Origin: an uncultured Candidatus Binatia bacterium
GTDB taxonomy: Bacteria > Desulfobacterota > Binatia > UBA9968 > CAXXLF01
Reading direction: 5' to 3'
Assembly (NCBI GenBank): GCA_965218425.1
Contig: OZ244621.1
Coordinates: 2,112,001-2,176,000 of the forward strand
DNA length: 64,000 nucleotides
The notes below the pieces were generated by a model that searched no databases, had not been told where the DNA came from, and saw only the letters and a program-made list of their open reading frames with translations. A program made the translations under genes and the position numbers. Shown in pieces: positions 44,054-53,636 of the stretch. The stretch's first letter is position 1; each line of letters starts with the position of its first letter.

Positions 44054-45069
44054 TGAATATCCGAGAGGCCATAGCAAATCTCATTGAGGACATCGATCTT
44101 ACGGAGAGTGAAGCGGTGTCGGTCATGAATGAAATTATGACCGGTGAGGCGACACCTCCCCAGGTGGCATCATTCCTAACCGCCCTGCGCATGAAAGGAG
44201 AGACGGTTCAAGAAATTACCGGTGCGGCCCGTGTCATGCGGGAAAAAGCGGATCAGGTGAAAGTCCACTCCAGTTGTGTTTTGGATACCTGCGGCACAGG
44301 TGGTGATCAAATGGAGACCTTCAATATCTCTACGACTGTTGCCTTTGTGGTGGCAGGCGCCGGGGTCACCGTGGCCAAACATGGGAACCGTTCGGTTTCC
44401 AGCCGTTCGGGTAGTGCAGATGTCTTGTCGGCACTGGGAGTCAATATTGAGATTCCCAAGGAGAAGGTTGAACAATGCCTGGCAAAAGTGGGAATGGGAT
44501 TTCTCTTTGCCCCGCTCCTTCACCAGGCCATGAAGTATGCGGTAACCCCGCGCCGTGAGATTGGCATTCGAACTATTTTTAATCTACTGGGTCCCCTGAC
44601 CAATCCTGCCAATGCGACCCATCAACTCATCGGCATCTACGATGGCGCGCTGACCGAACCCATTGCCATGGTCTTGAAGAATCTTGGTACCCGCAGGGCC
44701 ATGGTGGTCCATGGGGAGGAGGGGTTAGACGAGATCTCCCCGTGTGGACCGACAAAGGTATCGGAGCTCCGTGACAGCCAGGTGACCACCTATTCCATTT
44801 CACCTGAGCAGCTGGGGTTAACGCAGTGTCGTTTGGAGGATCTCCATGGGGGTACTCCGCAACAGTGTGCTGCAATTTTGAGGGGTATCCTTCAAGGTGA
44901 GAAAGGCCCAAAGCGAGATGTGGTCTTGCTCAACAGTGGGGCCGCTCTTTTGACCAGCGGTGTAGCTGGCACTATCTCCCAAGGGATGGATCTGGCCGCC
45001 GAGTCCATCGATTCCGGGAAGGCGCAAGGTAAACTAGATCTACTCGTTCAGGTAACCAACTCTGGCTAG
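44050..45069 (+). CDS. trpD: Anthranilate phosphoribosyltransferase
   Basis: DTCGTGGD and AKHGNRSVSSRSGSAD motifs. Confidence 0.97.
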   Translation: MMNIREAIANLIEDIDLTESEAVSVMNEIMTGEATPPQVASFLTALRMKGETVQEITGAARVMREKADQVKVHSSCVLDTCGTGGDQMETFNISTTVAFVVAGAGVTVAKHGNRSVSSRSGSADVLSALGVNIEIPKEKVEQCLAKVGMGFLFAPLLHQAMKYAVTPRREIGIRTIFNLLGPLTNPANATHQLIGIYDGALTEPIAMVLKNLGTRRAMVVHGEEGLDEISPCGPTKVSELRDSQVTTYSISPEQLGLTQCRLEDLHGGTPQQCAAILRGILQGEKGPKRDVVLLNSGAALLTSGVAGTISQGMDLAAESIDSGKAQGKLDLLVQVTNSG

Positions 45070-45129
45070 AAATGCTACTCCCAGTGTCAATCATCCGTTT
45101 CATCCATTGACGTAATTGACCCATGAACC

Positions 45130-45906
45130 ATGGCCACGTTTCTAGATACCATTGTAAGTCGAGTTCGCGAAGAGATTGGGATAAGGCGCCAAAAATCGCC
45201 TCCGACCCTGCTCCGGGAACGGCCCCCCTTTCATCTACCCACTAGAGATTTTGCAGGGAGTTTGCGCGGGACCACGCGCCATATCATTGCGGAAGTCAAA
45301 AGGGCATCACCGTCAAAGGGGCTGATTCGCAAAGAATTTGACGCCGTGAAAATTGCCAGGTCTCTTTCAGCCAATGGCGCCAGCGCGCTTTCCGTGCTGA
45401 CTGAAGAACATTTTTTTCAGGGGAGCATCCACTATCTGGAAGAAATCAGGAGAGGAGTCCGTTTACCCCTACTGAGAAAAGATTTCATGGTGGATGACTA
45501 CCAACTGCTGGAAGCGAGAAGTTTTGGGGCCGACGCTGTCCTGTTTATTGTGGCGCTCCTCGACCAGGGCCTTCTTAAGGAGCTATTGGAGCAAGCGCAT
45601 GCTCTTTCCCTGCAGGCTCTGGTGGAAGTTCACACCGAAGAGGAGCTAAAATGCGCCTTAAGAGCCCATGCAGACATTATCGGGATCAATAACCGGGACT
45701 TAAGGACCTTTGAGGTGAATATAGCCACTGCCGAGAAGCTGATACCGAAAGTCCCTTCCGGTGTTATGGTGGTTTGTGAAAGTGGAATCGACTCGCCGAG
45801 TCAGATGAAAAAAATAGAAGACCTGGGGGCCCATGTGTTTTTGATCGGCGAAGCGCTCATGCGTGCCCAGGATCCAGGGGAAAAATTGAAGGAACTCTTG
45901 TCGTGA
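45130..45906 (+). CDS. trpC: Indole-3-glycerol phosphate synthase
   Basis: IAEVKRASPSKG, LRKDF and GINNRDL motifs. Confidence 0.97.
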   Translation: MATFLDTIVSRVREEIGIRRQKSPPTLLRERPPFHLPTRDFAGSLRGTTRHIIAEVKRASPSKGLIRKEFDAVKIARSLSANGASALSVLTEEHFFQGSIHYLEEIRRGVRLPLLRKDFMVDDYQLLEARSFGADAVLFIVALLDQGLLKELLEQAHALSLQALVEVHTEEELKCALRAHADIIGINNRDLRTFEVNIATAEKLIPKVPSGVMVVCESGIDSPSQMKKIEDLGAHVFLIGEALMRAQDPGEKLKELLS

Positions 45907-45965
45907 TTCGTTATTCGTAGACTCGCCAATGGAGTGAACGATTCAACCGGCAACTATTAACGAAC
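45901..45965. repeat. Inverted heptamer array
   Basis: TCGTGAT TCGTTAT TCGTAGA ... AACGATT C AACCGGC AACTATT AACGAAC. Confidence 0.55.
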
Positions 45966-45966
45966 C

Positions 45967-46593
45967 ATGGTTAAGGTCAAGGTGTGCGGTATCACCAATG
46001 TTGAGGACGCCCTGAAGGCAGTGGAATACGGGGCCGACGCGCTAGGGTTTAATTTTTTTCCGCCGAGTCCTCGATGCATTTCTCCTGACCTGGCACAAAC
46101 CATAGTAGAAAGGCTCCCCCCAGAGGTTTGTCGAGTTGCCGTCTTTGTGAATGAGCCTCGGAAAAAAGTTACAGAGATTTTAAATCAGCTCCATTTGTTC
46201 GGAGGCCATGGGGACGTGAGTGGGGTCCAGTTTCATGGGGATGAGGATGGTGAGTACTGTCATGGATGGGACTTGAAAGTGATCAAGGCCATTCGGGTGC
46301 GAGGGCCTGAATCGTTCCATGGGTTAAACGAGTTTCCGGCGGATTTGTTTCTGCTGGATTCCTGGAGCGAGGGATACGGCGGTTCAGGCGCTCAGTTTCC
46401 TTGGGATTGGATCAAGAATCTGAAACCGAGCCGGCTCATCCTTTCTGGGGGATTGGGTTTAGATAATGTTCGCCAGGCGGTCGCTCAGATCCGACCCTTC
46501 GGAGTCGATGTCTGTTCTGGTGTGGAGGCAAAACCGGGCGTAAAAGATCATGGGAAACTCAAAGAATTCATCGATGCCGCCAAGGCTTCCTGA
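45967..46593 (+). CDS. trpF: Phosphoribosylanthranilate isomerase
   Basis: KVCGIT, QFHGDE and GVDVCSGVE motifs. Confidence 0.96.
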   Translation: MVKVKVCGITNVEDALKAVEYGADALGFNFFPPSPRCISPDLAQTIVERLPPEVCRVAVFVNEPRKKVTEILNQLHLFGGHGDVSGVQFHGDEDGEYCHGWDLKVIKAIRVRGPESFHGLNEFPADLFLLDSWSEGYGGSGAQFPWDWIKNLKPSRLILSGGLGLDNVRQAVAQIRPFGVDVCSGVEAKPGVKDHGKLKEFIDAAKAS

Positions 46594-47770
46594 TTCGCGG
46601 GGGCACTATGGCGTTTACGGGGGACGCTACGTATCTGAGACCCTCATGCCAGCCCTTGCAGACTTGGAGAAGGCCTATGCCAAGGTGCGGCGCGATTCAC
46701 AGTTTCGGCGGGAATTTCGAACCTACCTTCGTGAATTTGCGGGAAGAGAGACACCGCTCTATTTTGCCGAGCGACTGACGAAACAGCTGGGTGGAGCAAG
46801 GATCTACATTAAACGAGAGGATCTCTGTCATACCGGCGCCCACAAGATTAACAACACCCTGGGTCAGATCCTATTGGCGCGCAGGATGGGCAAACAGCGG
46901 ATCATCGCGGAAACAGGGGCAGGGCAGCACGGAGTTGCCACGGCCACCGTGGCGGCGCTCTTCGGTTTGGAGTGCGAGATATTCATGGGCAAGGAGGACG
47001 TGCGCCGTCAGTCCCTGAACGTCACGCGTATGAAACTCCTGGGTGCCAAGGTCAGGGAGGTGGACTCCGGTACCTGCACCCTCAAGGATGCCATGAACGA
47101 AGCCCTCAGAGACTGGGTGACCCATGTCCGCTCCACGTACTATCTCATCGGTTCGGTGGCGGGCCCCCATCCCTATCCACTGATGGTACGGGATTTCCAA
47201 TCGGTTATCGGCGAGGAGGCGCGCAGGCAAATCCTAAAAAAGGAGGGACGGTTGCCCCACTACCTGGTGGCCTGTGTAGGCGGTGGGAGTAATGCCATGG
47301 GGCTTTTTTATCCTTTCGTAAAAGATCGACGGGTGAAGATGATCGGGGTAGAAGCGGCTGGTTGGGGACTCCGCAGTGGACACCACTCGGCCTCCATCTT
47401 AGGTGGCAAGGTTGGGGTGCTCCATGGAAATAAAACCTACCTTCTCCAGGAACGGACGGGGCAGATCAGCCATGCTCACTCCATCGCACCAGGTTTGGAT
47501 TATCCCGGAGTGGGTCCGGAGCCAAGCTATCTCCATGACTCTGGGCGTATTGCCTTTGTTTCTGCCACTGATAACGAGGCGGTTAGCTCCATGAGAACAC
47601 TGTCGGAAGTGGAAGGTATTATTCCCGCTTTGGAGAGTTCCCATGCGGTGGCCGAAGTGATTCGCCTCGCCCCTCGACGGCCGAGGAAGGAATCGATCAT
47701 AGTCAACCTCTCCGGCAGAGGTGATAAGGACATCGACGCGGTGGCAAAATTCCTTGGAGACAAACTCTAG
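46574..47770 (+). CDS. trpB: Tryptophan synthase beta chain
   Basis: [23 protein letters not shown] and NLSGRGDKD motifs. Confidence 0.98.
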   Translation: MPPRLPDSRGHYGVYGGRYVSETLMPALADLEKAYAKVRRDSQFRREFRTYLREFAGRETPLYFAERLTKQLGGARIYIKREDLCHTGAHKINNTLGQILLARRMGKQRIIAETGAGQHGVATATVAALFGLECEIFMGKEDVRRQSLNVTRMKLLGAKVREVDSGTCTLKDAMNEALRDWVTHVRSTYYLIGSVAGPHPYPLMVRDFQSVIGEEARRQILKKEGRLPHYLVACVGGGSNAMGLFYPFVKDRRVKMIGVEAAGWGLRSGHHSASILGGKVGVLHGNKTYLLQERTGQISHAHSIAPGLDYPGVGPEPSYLHDSGRIAFVSATDNEAVSSMRTLSEVEGIIPALESSHAVAEVIRLAPRRPRKESIIVNLSGRGDKDIDAVAKFLGDKL

Positions 47771-47780
47771 CTTGCCTGAA

Positions 47781-47829
47781 ATCGTTATCCGTTACTCGTT
47801 GTTCTAAATTACGATTAACGAGCTACGGG
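47781..47829. repeat. Inverted heptamer array
   Basis: ATCGTTA TCCGTTA CTCGTTG TTCTAAA TTACGAT TAACGAG CTACGGG, all in register. Confidence 0.6.
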
Positions 47830-47840
47830 GTTAATGAAAA

Positions 47841-48656
47841 ATGAATCGCATTGATGAAAAATTCACCGAGTTGAGAAAACGGGGTCGGAGCGCGTTGATC
47901 CCTTTCATTGAAGCTGGGGATCCAGATATTCGGACCACTCTGAATATCCTGCGCGCTTTGGCAAAAAGCGGTGCGGACCTGATCGAACTCGGGATTCCCT
48001 TTTCAGATCCCATGGCCGATGGCCCCACGATCCAGCGTGCGTCCGAACGTGCCCTAAAAAAAGGCGTTTCACTCCCAAGTATCTTGAAACTTGTCAGCGA
48101 GTTTCGCAGGCATTCGGAAGTTCCTTTGGTCCTGTTCGGTTACTACAACCCCTTATTCCACTACGGTGTGAAACGCGTTACACGAGAAGCCAGGGCGGCG
48201 GGAGCCGATGGTATTCTATGTGTGGATCTGCCGCCGGAAGAGGGTCGGGAACTCCAGCAATGGGCCGAGGCCGCCGGATTGCACATGATCTATTTATTGG
48301 CTCCCACCAGTGATGCACAGCGCATCCGACTGGTAACGCGGGAGGCCGGCGGTTTTATCTACTTTGTCTCGGTCACCGGGGTAACCGGTAGCAGGAGTCA
48401 TTTCGAACATGGGCTTTCCAATCTCGTGGGCAAGCTGCGGCGGGAAACCTCTTTACCCATTGGGGTGGGTTTTGGTGTCTCTACTCCCAAACAAGCGGCT
48501 TGGGTGGCATCCTTTGCTGACGCCGTGGTGGTGGGGAGCGCCCTGATCAATGTCATTGAAAGGACGCACCGCCGGGAGGACAAGGTCAAAAGAGCAGCGG
48601 CCTACATGGCCAGCCTTAAAACAGCCATGAATCGTGTTTCGAAGAAACGCCGATAG
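47841..48656 (+). CDS. trpA: Tryptophan synthase alpha chain
   Basis: ELGIPFSDPMADGPTIQ and GVTG motifs. Confidence 0.98.
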   Translation: MNRIDEKFTELRKRGRSALIPFIEAGDPDIRTTLNILRALAKSGADLIELGIPFSDPMADGPTIQRASERALKKGVSLPSILKLVSEFRRHSEVPLVLFGYYNPLFHYGVKRVTREARAAGADGILCVDLPPEEGRELQQWAEAAGLHMIYLLAPTSDAQRIRLVTREAGGFIYFVSVTGVTGSRSHFEHGLSNLVGKLRRETSLPIGVGFGVSTPKQAAWVASFADAVVVGSALINVIERTHRREDKVKRAAAYMASLKTAMNRVSKKRR

Positions 48657-48687
48657 CGCTCAGCTTTTTTAGGTACGAACTTAAGAA

Positions 48688-48905
48688 AGATGACTCGCGC
48701 AAAGACGCGAAGGACGCCCGGCATAAATCAGTTTGCAAATTCGAAACTCGAATTGTGAAATTCGAGACAAATCCAAATGATCAAAACATGTAAATTTCTT
48801 GAAATTCTTGTTTTGGATTTTGATTTTTGAATTTGAGGGTTCCGGTTTGTTTGAGATTTCGAGTTTCGGAATTCGGATTTTAATTCGGAGGTGTCTTGGC
48901 GCGTT
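48688..48905 (+). repeat. MITE-like palindromic element, copy A
   Basis: Reverse-complement homologue of 52634-52854; left end ACTCGCGCAAAGACGCGAAG; right end GTGTCTTGGCGCGTT; TTCGAAA-type heptamer arms. Confidence 0.8.
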
Positions 48906-48977
48906 AAGCTTTGTGGAAGTTGTTCAGTTAAACACCCATTGGTAACGATCTAACCGGCGCGTCGAACAAGGCGAAAG

Positions 48978-50273
48978 ATGCCATCCTATTCCGAAACGCT
49001 GAATTATATTTTTAACCTGCGAGGGGGCGAAGTGAATTTGCGACTGCACCGGGTCAGTCAAGCATTGTCTCTCCTGGGCCATCCACAACGCCGTTACCCG
49101 GCCTTTCATATTGCAGGCACCAATGGGAAGGGTTCCACCGCTGCCATTTTGCAACGCATCCTCTCTACCCAGGGCTATAGGACGGGGCTGTATACCTCCC
49201 CCCATGTGGTGTCCTTCACCGAAAGGATTCAGGTGGATGATCGGGAGATTTCTCCAGAGGAGGTGGTTGAGCTGACGGAGACCCTGCGGGTAGTTCTCGC
49301 AGAGGCCGCTGTCTCACTCACCTTTTTTGAGTTCGTTACCGTCATGGCCCTCACCTACTTTTCCCGCCGTGGCATTGACGTTGCCGTCATGGAAGTGGGT
49401 ATGGGAGGTCGATTGGACGCCACTAACCTTGTCATCCCCGAGGTTTCCATCATTACCACCATTGCGAGGGATCACGAGGCTTATCTGGGTACTGAGATCG
49501 AGTCCATAGCTCGGGAAAAGGGAGGGATCATTAAGAACGGGGTCCCCGTGGTGTGTGGTCTTTTGCCTCCCGAGGCGGACTCCGTGCTCGAATCCATTGC
49601 CGGTTCCAGGGGGTCGGCGAGGCATATTTTTGGTCGTGACTTTTCGGTTGCCTTGGGGGGAGATAAGTTATTTAGCTACAAGGGTCTGAATTGGCATTTG
49701 AACGACCTTTCTCTGACACTGAGGGGCGAATACCAAAGGAGGAACGCTGCGGTTGCCATTGCGGCATTGGAGACAACTCAAAAGAATTTCCCCGTCAGCG
49801 AAGCCTCCGTGCGTGAAGGCTTGAAACAGGTGCTTTGGCCCGCACGTTTTGAAATGGTTATGACCCGACCCATGGTGATTCTGGACGGTGCCCACAACGT
49901 TCAAGGGATCACGGTCCTGGCCCAAGAAATGCGCAGTCTCGTGGGTGGGAAAAAGGTTAAAGTGCTATTTGGATCCATGAACGATAAGGACTGGGATCAA
50001 ATGCTGAAAGAACTTAGCGAGATCGCCAGTGAAATCTCATTGACTCGTATTCCAATGGATCGGAGCGCGGATCCCGAGGTTCTCAGGGAAGCCATCCCCC
50101 CGGGTATTCCAGTCAATATCGTGGATGACCCGCTGGACGGTGTCAGATCCCTCATCAAGGGTGCCGAGGCCGACGAGACTATGCTTGTGACCGGTTCACT
50201 CTATCTTTTAGGTCGAGTCAGGCCGTTTCTTGTTAGAATGAGAGAGGCGGAAATCCTGGGAGTCGAAGCGTGA
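48978..50273 (+). CDS. folC: Folylpolyglutamate synthase/dihydrofolate synthase
   Basis: HIAGTNGKGS, EVGMGGRLDATN and LDGAHN motifs. Confidence 0.96.
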   Translation: MPSYSETLNYIFNLRGGEVNLRLHRVSQALSLLGHPQRRYPAFHIAGTNGKGSTAAILQRILSTQGYRTGLYTSPHVVSFTERIQVDDREISPEEVVELTETLRVVLAEAAVSLTFFEFVTVMALTYFSRRGIDVAVMEVGMGGRLDATNLVIPEVSIITTIARDHEAYLGTEIESIAREKGGIIKNGVPVVCGLLPPEADSVLESIAGSRGSARHIFGRDFSVALGGDKLFSYKGLNWHLNDLSLTLRGEYQRRNAAVAIAALETTQKNFPVSEASVREGLKQVLWPARFEMVMTRPMVILDGAHNVQGITVLAQEMRSLVGGKKVKVLFGSMNDKDWDQMLKELSEIASEISLTRIPMDRSADPEVLREAIPPGIPVNIVDDPLDGVRSLIKGAEADETMLVTGSLYLLGRVRPFLVRMREAEILGVEA

Positions 50274-52585
50274 AAAACGTGAGATTCCTGACCCTCTTCG
50301 GAATGATTGTGCTGTTGTTCCAGGGCTGGGCTCAGACAGTGCGGCTTCATGCCCAGGCAAGGGGGGGGCAAGGGGAAGAGATCGATGTTTCCGCTGACCG
50401 GCTCTCGGTGGAGGAGGCGGGGAAAGTGATCCTAGCGGAGGGTAATGTCGAGATCAAGAGGGGAGAGACCTCTCTCAAGGCAAGTAAAATGAAAGTGAAT
50501 AGGGAAACTCAGAGCGTGGAGGCCGAGGGGGATGTCTCAGTGGTTGGTTCCGAGTGGCAACTAAAGGCCCAGAGCCTTCAATTGAACCTCCCGAAGGAAA
50601 CAGCCGTCATCCGGGACGGTGAGATTTACATTGAAAGCAGTCACCTGAGTTTGACGGGGAAACGTTTTGAGAAATTCACCGGCCAGTCCTATCACATCGA
50701 CGACGGCGGCTTTACCACCTGTCTTTGTGAATCTGGGGTCCCCACGTGGAAGATTACTGCCAAAGAAATTGAACTGACGCCGGAAGGTGAAGGCATTATC
50801 CGCGGTGGGAAATTTCACGTTCTTGATATCCCGGTGTTTTACCTCCCCTATGGTTTCTTCCCGGTGCGAACGAAGAGAAAGACGGGATTTCTTTTTTCCA
50901 AACCCGGGTACTCTTCTGAGGAAGGGTTTACGTTCCAGCAGCCTTTTTTCTGGGCCATCTCCAAAAACACGGATGCAACGATCGTCGGTAATATCGAAAC
51001 CCATGCCCGCGCAGGGATGTGGGGGGAGTTCCGCCATATCTTCAGCCGCAATACAAACCTTCGATTTAACGCCGCCTATTTTAATGAGTTCGATCGAGAA
51101 AACGCGGCAGATGACATCGTGAATCAAAATATCGCGGATCCGGCAATTCCCCAAGATCGTTGGGCTTTTGGGACCAAGCATCGAAACTCCAACCCTTCAG
51201 GTTGGGAGACCTATAGCGATATTTTTGCCTTCAGCGATGATCTATTCACTCGCGAACTGTTCGACAAGTTTGACCTTGGCGATATTCAGGAACGAAATGT
51301 CCGGACCAGCCGGTACGGTCGCTCAAAGGTTGGTTTTCTCAAGGGGTTCAACGATATGTTCCTGCGAGGCGATTGGGACTTCTATCAGGACTTTGTTCAA
51401 CCCGATGACCTTACCCTGTTTGGGGTTCCGAAGGTACAATTTTGGGGTCGGAAAGGTGTCGGGGGCCCATTTGAGCTGAGCTGGCGCGTGGAGGGTGTGA
51501 ATTACGTGAGGGAGGAGAAAGCGGATGGTGCCCGTTTGGACATCAGGCCGGAGATCACTTTACCCTTCCGCGTGTCAAGTTACCTCTTTGGTTCATTGGA
51601 CGTTGCCCCACGTGAGACCCTTTATTACCTGTACCGTACCGAAGGCGTTTTTGATCAGACTACGGCGAGGGAACTCGTGGAGGTGCGAGGAAACGTAGGT
51701 TCGTCGGTCTCTAACAGCTTTTCTTGGAATGGCAATCGTCTAAAAAAAATAAAACATGTGATGGAGCCCGAGATTCATTATCTGTTCATTCCCTGGGCCA
51801 ACCAGAACGGTATCCCCATTTGGGATGGCACTGACCGGGTCAATCGGAGAAATCTCCTGACCTTCTCATTCATTAACCGATTCTGGGGAAAATTTGCTCG
51901 TAAACCAGTCAAGGCCCCGAAGGACAGGGATGTTGAACTGCTGGGGCCAGCCACCACCAATGATGTAGAAGAGGTTGCCTATTTTGGGTTAGCCATGAGT
52001 TACGATATCGACAAGGAGAGGTCTGGAGGAGATGCCCTTTCTGATATCGATATGGACTTTCGGGTGAATCCGGCCAGGTTTTTAAACCTTGGTGTGCAAA
52101 TGGGTGTGGATCCGGGCGCCTGGAAGGTCAATCAGGCCGCAACGCAATTCACACTGACGGATCCGCGGCCTTTCAAGCAGCGGGAGCTGGACAAAGACTT
52201 TAATAAGCCCAATCAGTTGAGGGTGACGTACCGTTATATTCGTGAGAATTTTCTAACCCCCCTGGCCGAGGACGCAAACCTTGATCCCCTCGCCCTTCCC
52301 ACGCCTACTAAGGATACCCTTGGACAAGTGGGGACCCATGCGCTCTTGCACGTAGGCCGCCGCATCCTGCTCCAGTACGATTTCGCTTACGATATCCTCG
52401 AAGGAAAGACCACCAATAACCGCGGCAGGATCAAGCTGCTGTCCAAATGTGGCTGCTGGTCTTTTAATGTGTCGGTGAATCGCACCACCAATCCCAGCAG
52501 GACCAGTGTTCGGTTCGGCTTTGACTTGATTGGTCTAAGTTCTGGAAACATCGGAAGCTTTAATAACCGCGGTCTCGCCCCCTGA
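50270..52585 (+). CDS. lptD: LPS-assembly protein LptD
   Basis: Signal peptide; OstA-like N-terminus; FTTC...P.W and RKTGFL motifs; C-terminal CGCW. Confidence 0.88.
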   Translation: MKNVRFLTLFGMIVLLFQGWAQTVRLHAQARGGQGEEIDVSADRLSVEEAGKVILAEGNVEIKRGETSLKASKMKVNRETQSVEAEGDVSVVGSEWQLKAQSLQLNLPKETAVIRDGEIYIESSHLSLTGKRFEKFTGQSYHIDDGGFTTCLCESGVPTWKITAKEIELTPEGEGIIRGGKFHVLDIPVFYLPYGFFPVRTKRKTGFLFSKPGYSSEEGFTFQQPFFWAISKNTDATIVGNIETHARAGMWGEFRHIFSRNTNLRFNAAYFNEFDRENAADDIVNQNIADPAIPQDRWAFGTKHRNSNPSGWETYSDIFAFSDDLFTRELFDKFDLGDIQERNVRTSRYGRSKVGFLKGFNDMFLRGDWDFYQDFVQPDDLTLFGVPKVQFWGRKGVGGPFELSWRVEGVNYVREEKADGARLDIRPEITLPFRVSSYLFGSLDVAPRETLYYLYRTEGVFDQTTARELVEVRGNVGSSVSNSFSWNGNRLKKIKHVMEPEIHYLFIPWANQNGIPIWDGTDRVNRRNLLTFSFINRFWGKFARKPVKAPKDRDVELLGPATTNDVEEVAYFGLAMSYDIDKERSGGDALSDIDMDFRVNPARFLNLGVQMGVDPGAWKVNQAATQFTLTDPRPFKQRELDKDFNKPNQLRVTYRYIRENFLTPLAEDANLDPLALPTPTKDTLGQVGTHALLHVGRRILLQYDFAYDILEGKTTNNRGRIKLLSKCGCWSFNVSVNRTTNPSRTSVRFGFDLIGLSSGNIGSFNNRGLAP

Positions 52586-52633
52586 TCCCATCTGGGCTTT
52601 GGACAGTCAACAATGGCTGACCGGATCCTCCAT

Positions 52634-52854
52634 GGCCAAGGGTCAGCTCCCCTCTGATTTTAAGATCCGAATTTCGCAGCTCGAAATCTCAAACAAACCA
52701 GATCCTCAAATCAAAAAAATCAAATCCAAAACGAGGATTTTGAGATGTTTTTTTGTTTTGATCATTTGGATTTGTTTCGAATTTCGGATTTCGAGTTTGG
52801 AATTTGTAAATTTGTTCCTACTTGGCGTGTTTTGCGGATTGGCGCGAGTGATCT
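52634..52854 (-). repeat. MITE-like palindromic element, copy B (inverted relative to copy A)
   Basis: Exact reverse-complement blocks 52754-52775 = 48767-48788 (22 nt) and 52680-52699 = 48844-48863 (20 nt). Confidence 0.8.
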
Positions 52855-52927
52855 TAAGGGCCTCTGCCCCCGGCTCAGGACTATTTTCCCATTGGCAAGA
52901 GATTTTGGTATCATACGGCTAGGGGAT

Positions 52928-53308
52928 ATGGATAAAAAAACACTGCTAAATAGTGGGAAAAAGGTAGAAAAGTCGTGGGGATATGAGATCATATGGGCCC
53001 ATACCGACCATTATGTTGGAAAGATCCTCCATATTCGGAAAGCGGAATCTCTAAGCTACCAGTATCATGAGGTTAAAGATGAGACCATCCACCTGCTCGG
53101 GGGCTCGGTGGAATTGGAGGTTGAGGTTGAAGGAGTAAGAGACAAGATCCGCCTGGAGCCAGGGCAAGGTTTCCGAATCACGCCGGGGACCAAACATCGT
53201 ATGATGGCCTTGGAAGATTGTGATATCCTGGAGGCGTCCACCCCCGAACTGGACGACGTAGTCCGTTTAGAGGATCGTTACGGTCGGGTTGGACGCAAGA
53301 ATGATTAA
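52928..53308 (+). CDS. Cupin (mannose-6-phosphate isomerase type II C-terminal-like)
   Basis: VEKSWGYE, LSYQYHEVKDET and STPELDDVVRLEDRYGR motifs; ATG at 52928 follows AGGGG. Confidence 0.85.
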   Translation: MDKKTLLNSGKKVEKSWGYEIIWAHTDHYVGKILHIRKAESLSYQYHEVKDETIHLLGGSVELEVEVEGVRDKIRLEPGQGFRITPGTKHRMMALEDCDILEASTPELDDVVRLEDRYGRVGRKND

Positions 53309-53333
53309 AGATATATGGCGGTAGACTTCGGAC

Positions 53334-53582
53334 GTGCAGAACTATATGACCCTTGGCGAGCGGCTCGTCAAGCAAGAAATCATCTCTCCGGACGACCTGA
53401 ACCGTGTGATTCGTCTTCAGCAGGAACAGCGCATATCCTTCGTGCGCCTGGTTGTAGAGCTCGGTTTCGTCTCAGAAGATGACTTGTTGCCAGTGCTTAG
53501 CAAGCGTCTTTCAATACCCTATCTTTCCTTGAAGGAGTTTCCCTCCACATCTCTGTCCGCAAGCCGTCTAATGACGCCTTAG
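53334..53582 (+). pseudogene. Truncated GspE/PilB-type ATPase N-terminus (MshEN-like domain only)
   Basis: LGERLVKQEIISPDDL...Q...LVVELGFVSEDDL...LSIPY; stops at 82 aa with no ATPase domain. Confidence 0.6.
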
Positions 53583-53586
53583 AAGA

Positions 53587-53608
53587 TCCCCGGACGTAAG
53601 TCCGGGGA
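53587..53608. repeat. Perfect hairpin (REP or IS200/IS605-end-like)
   Basis: TCCCCGGAC-GTAA-GTCCGGGGA. Confidence 0.6.
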
Positions 53609-53636
53609 AATTTACTTTCAACTGTGGATTTTCTAA

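Noticed and set aside
48688..48905. CRISPR interpretation of the periodic repeats
   Set aside because: There are no identical 23-47 nt repeats with unique spacers and no cas genes
52599..52927. ORF 52599-52922 and the N-terminal extension of ORF 52745
   Set aside because: They are translations of the palindromic element; the cupin most likely starts at ATG 52928
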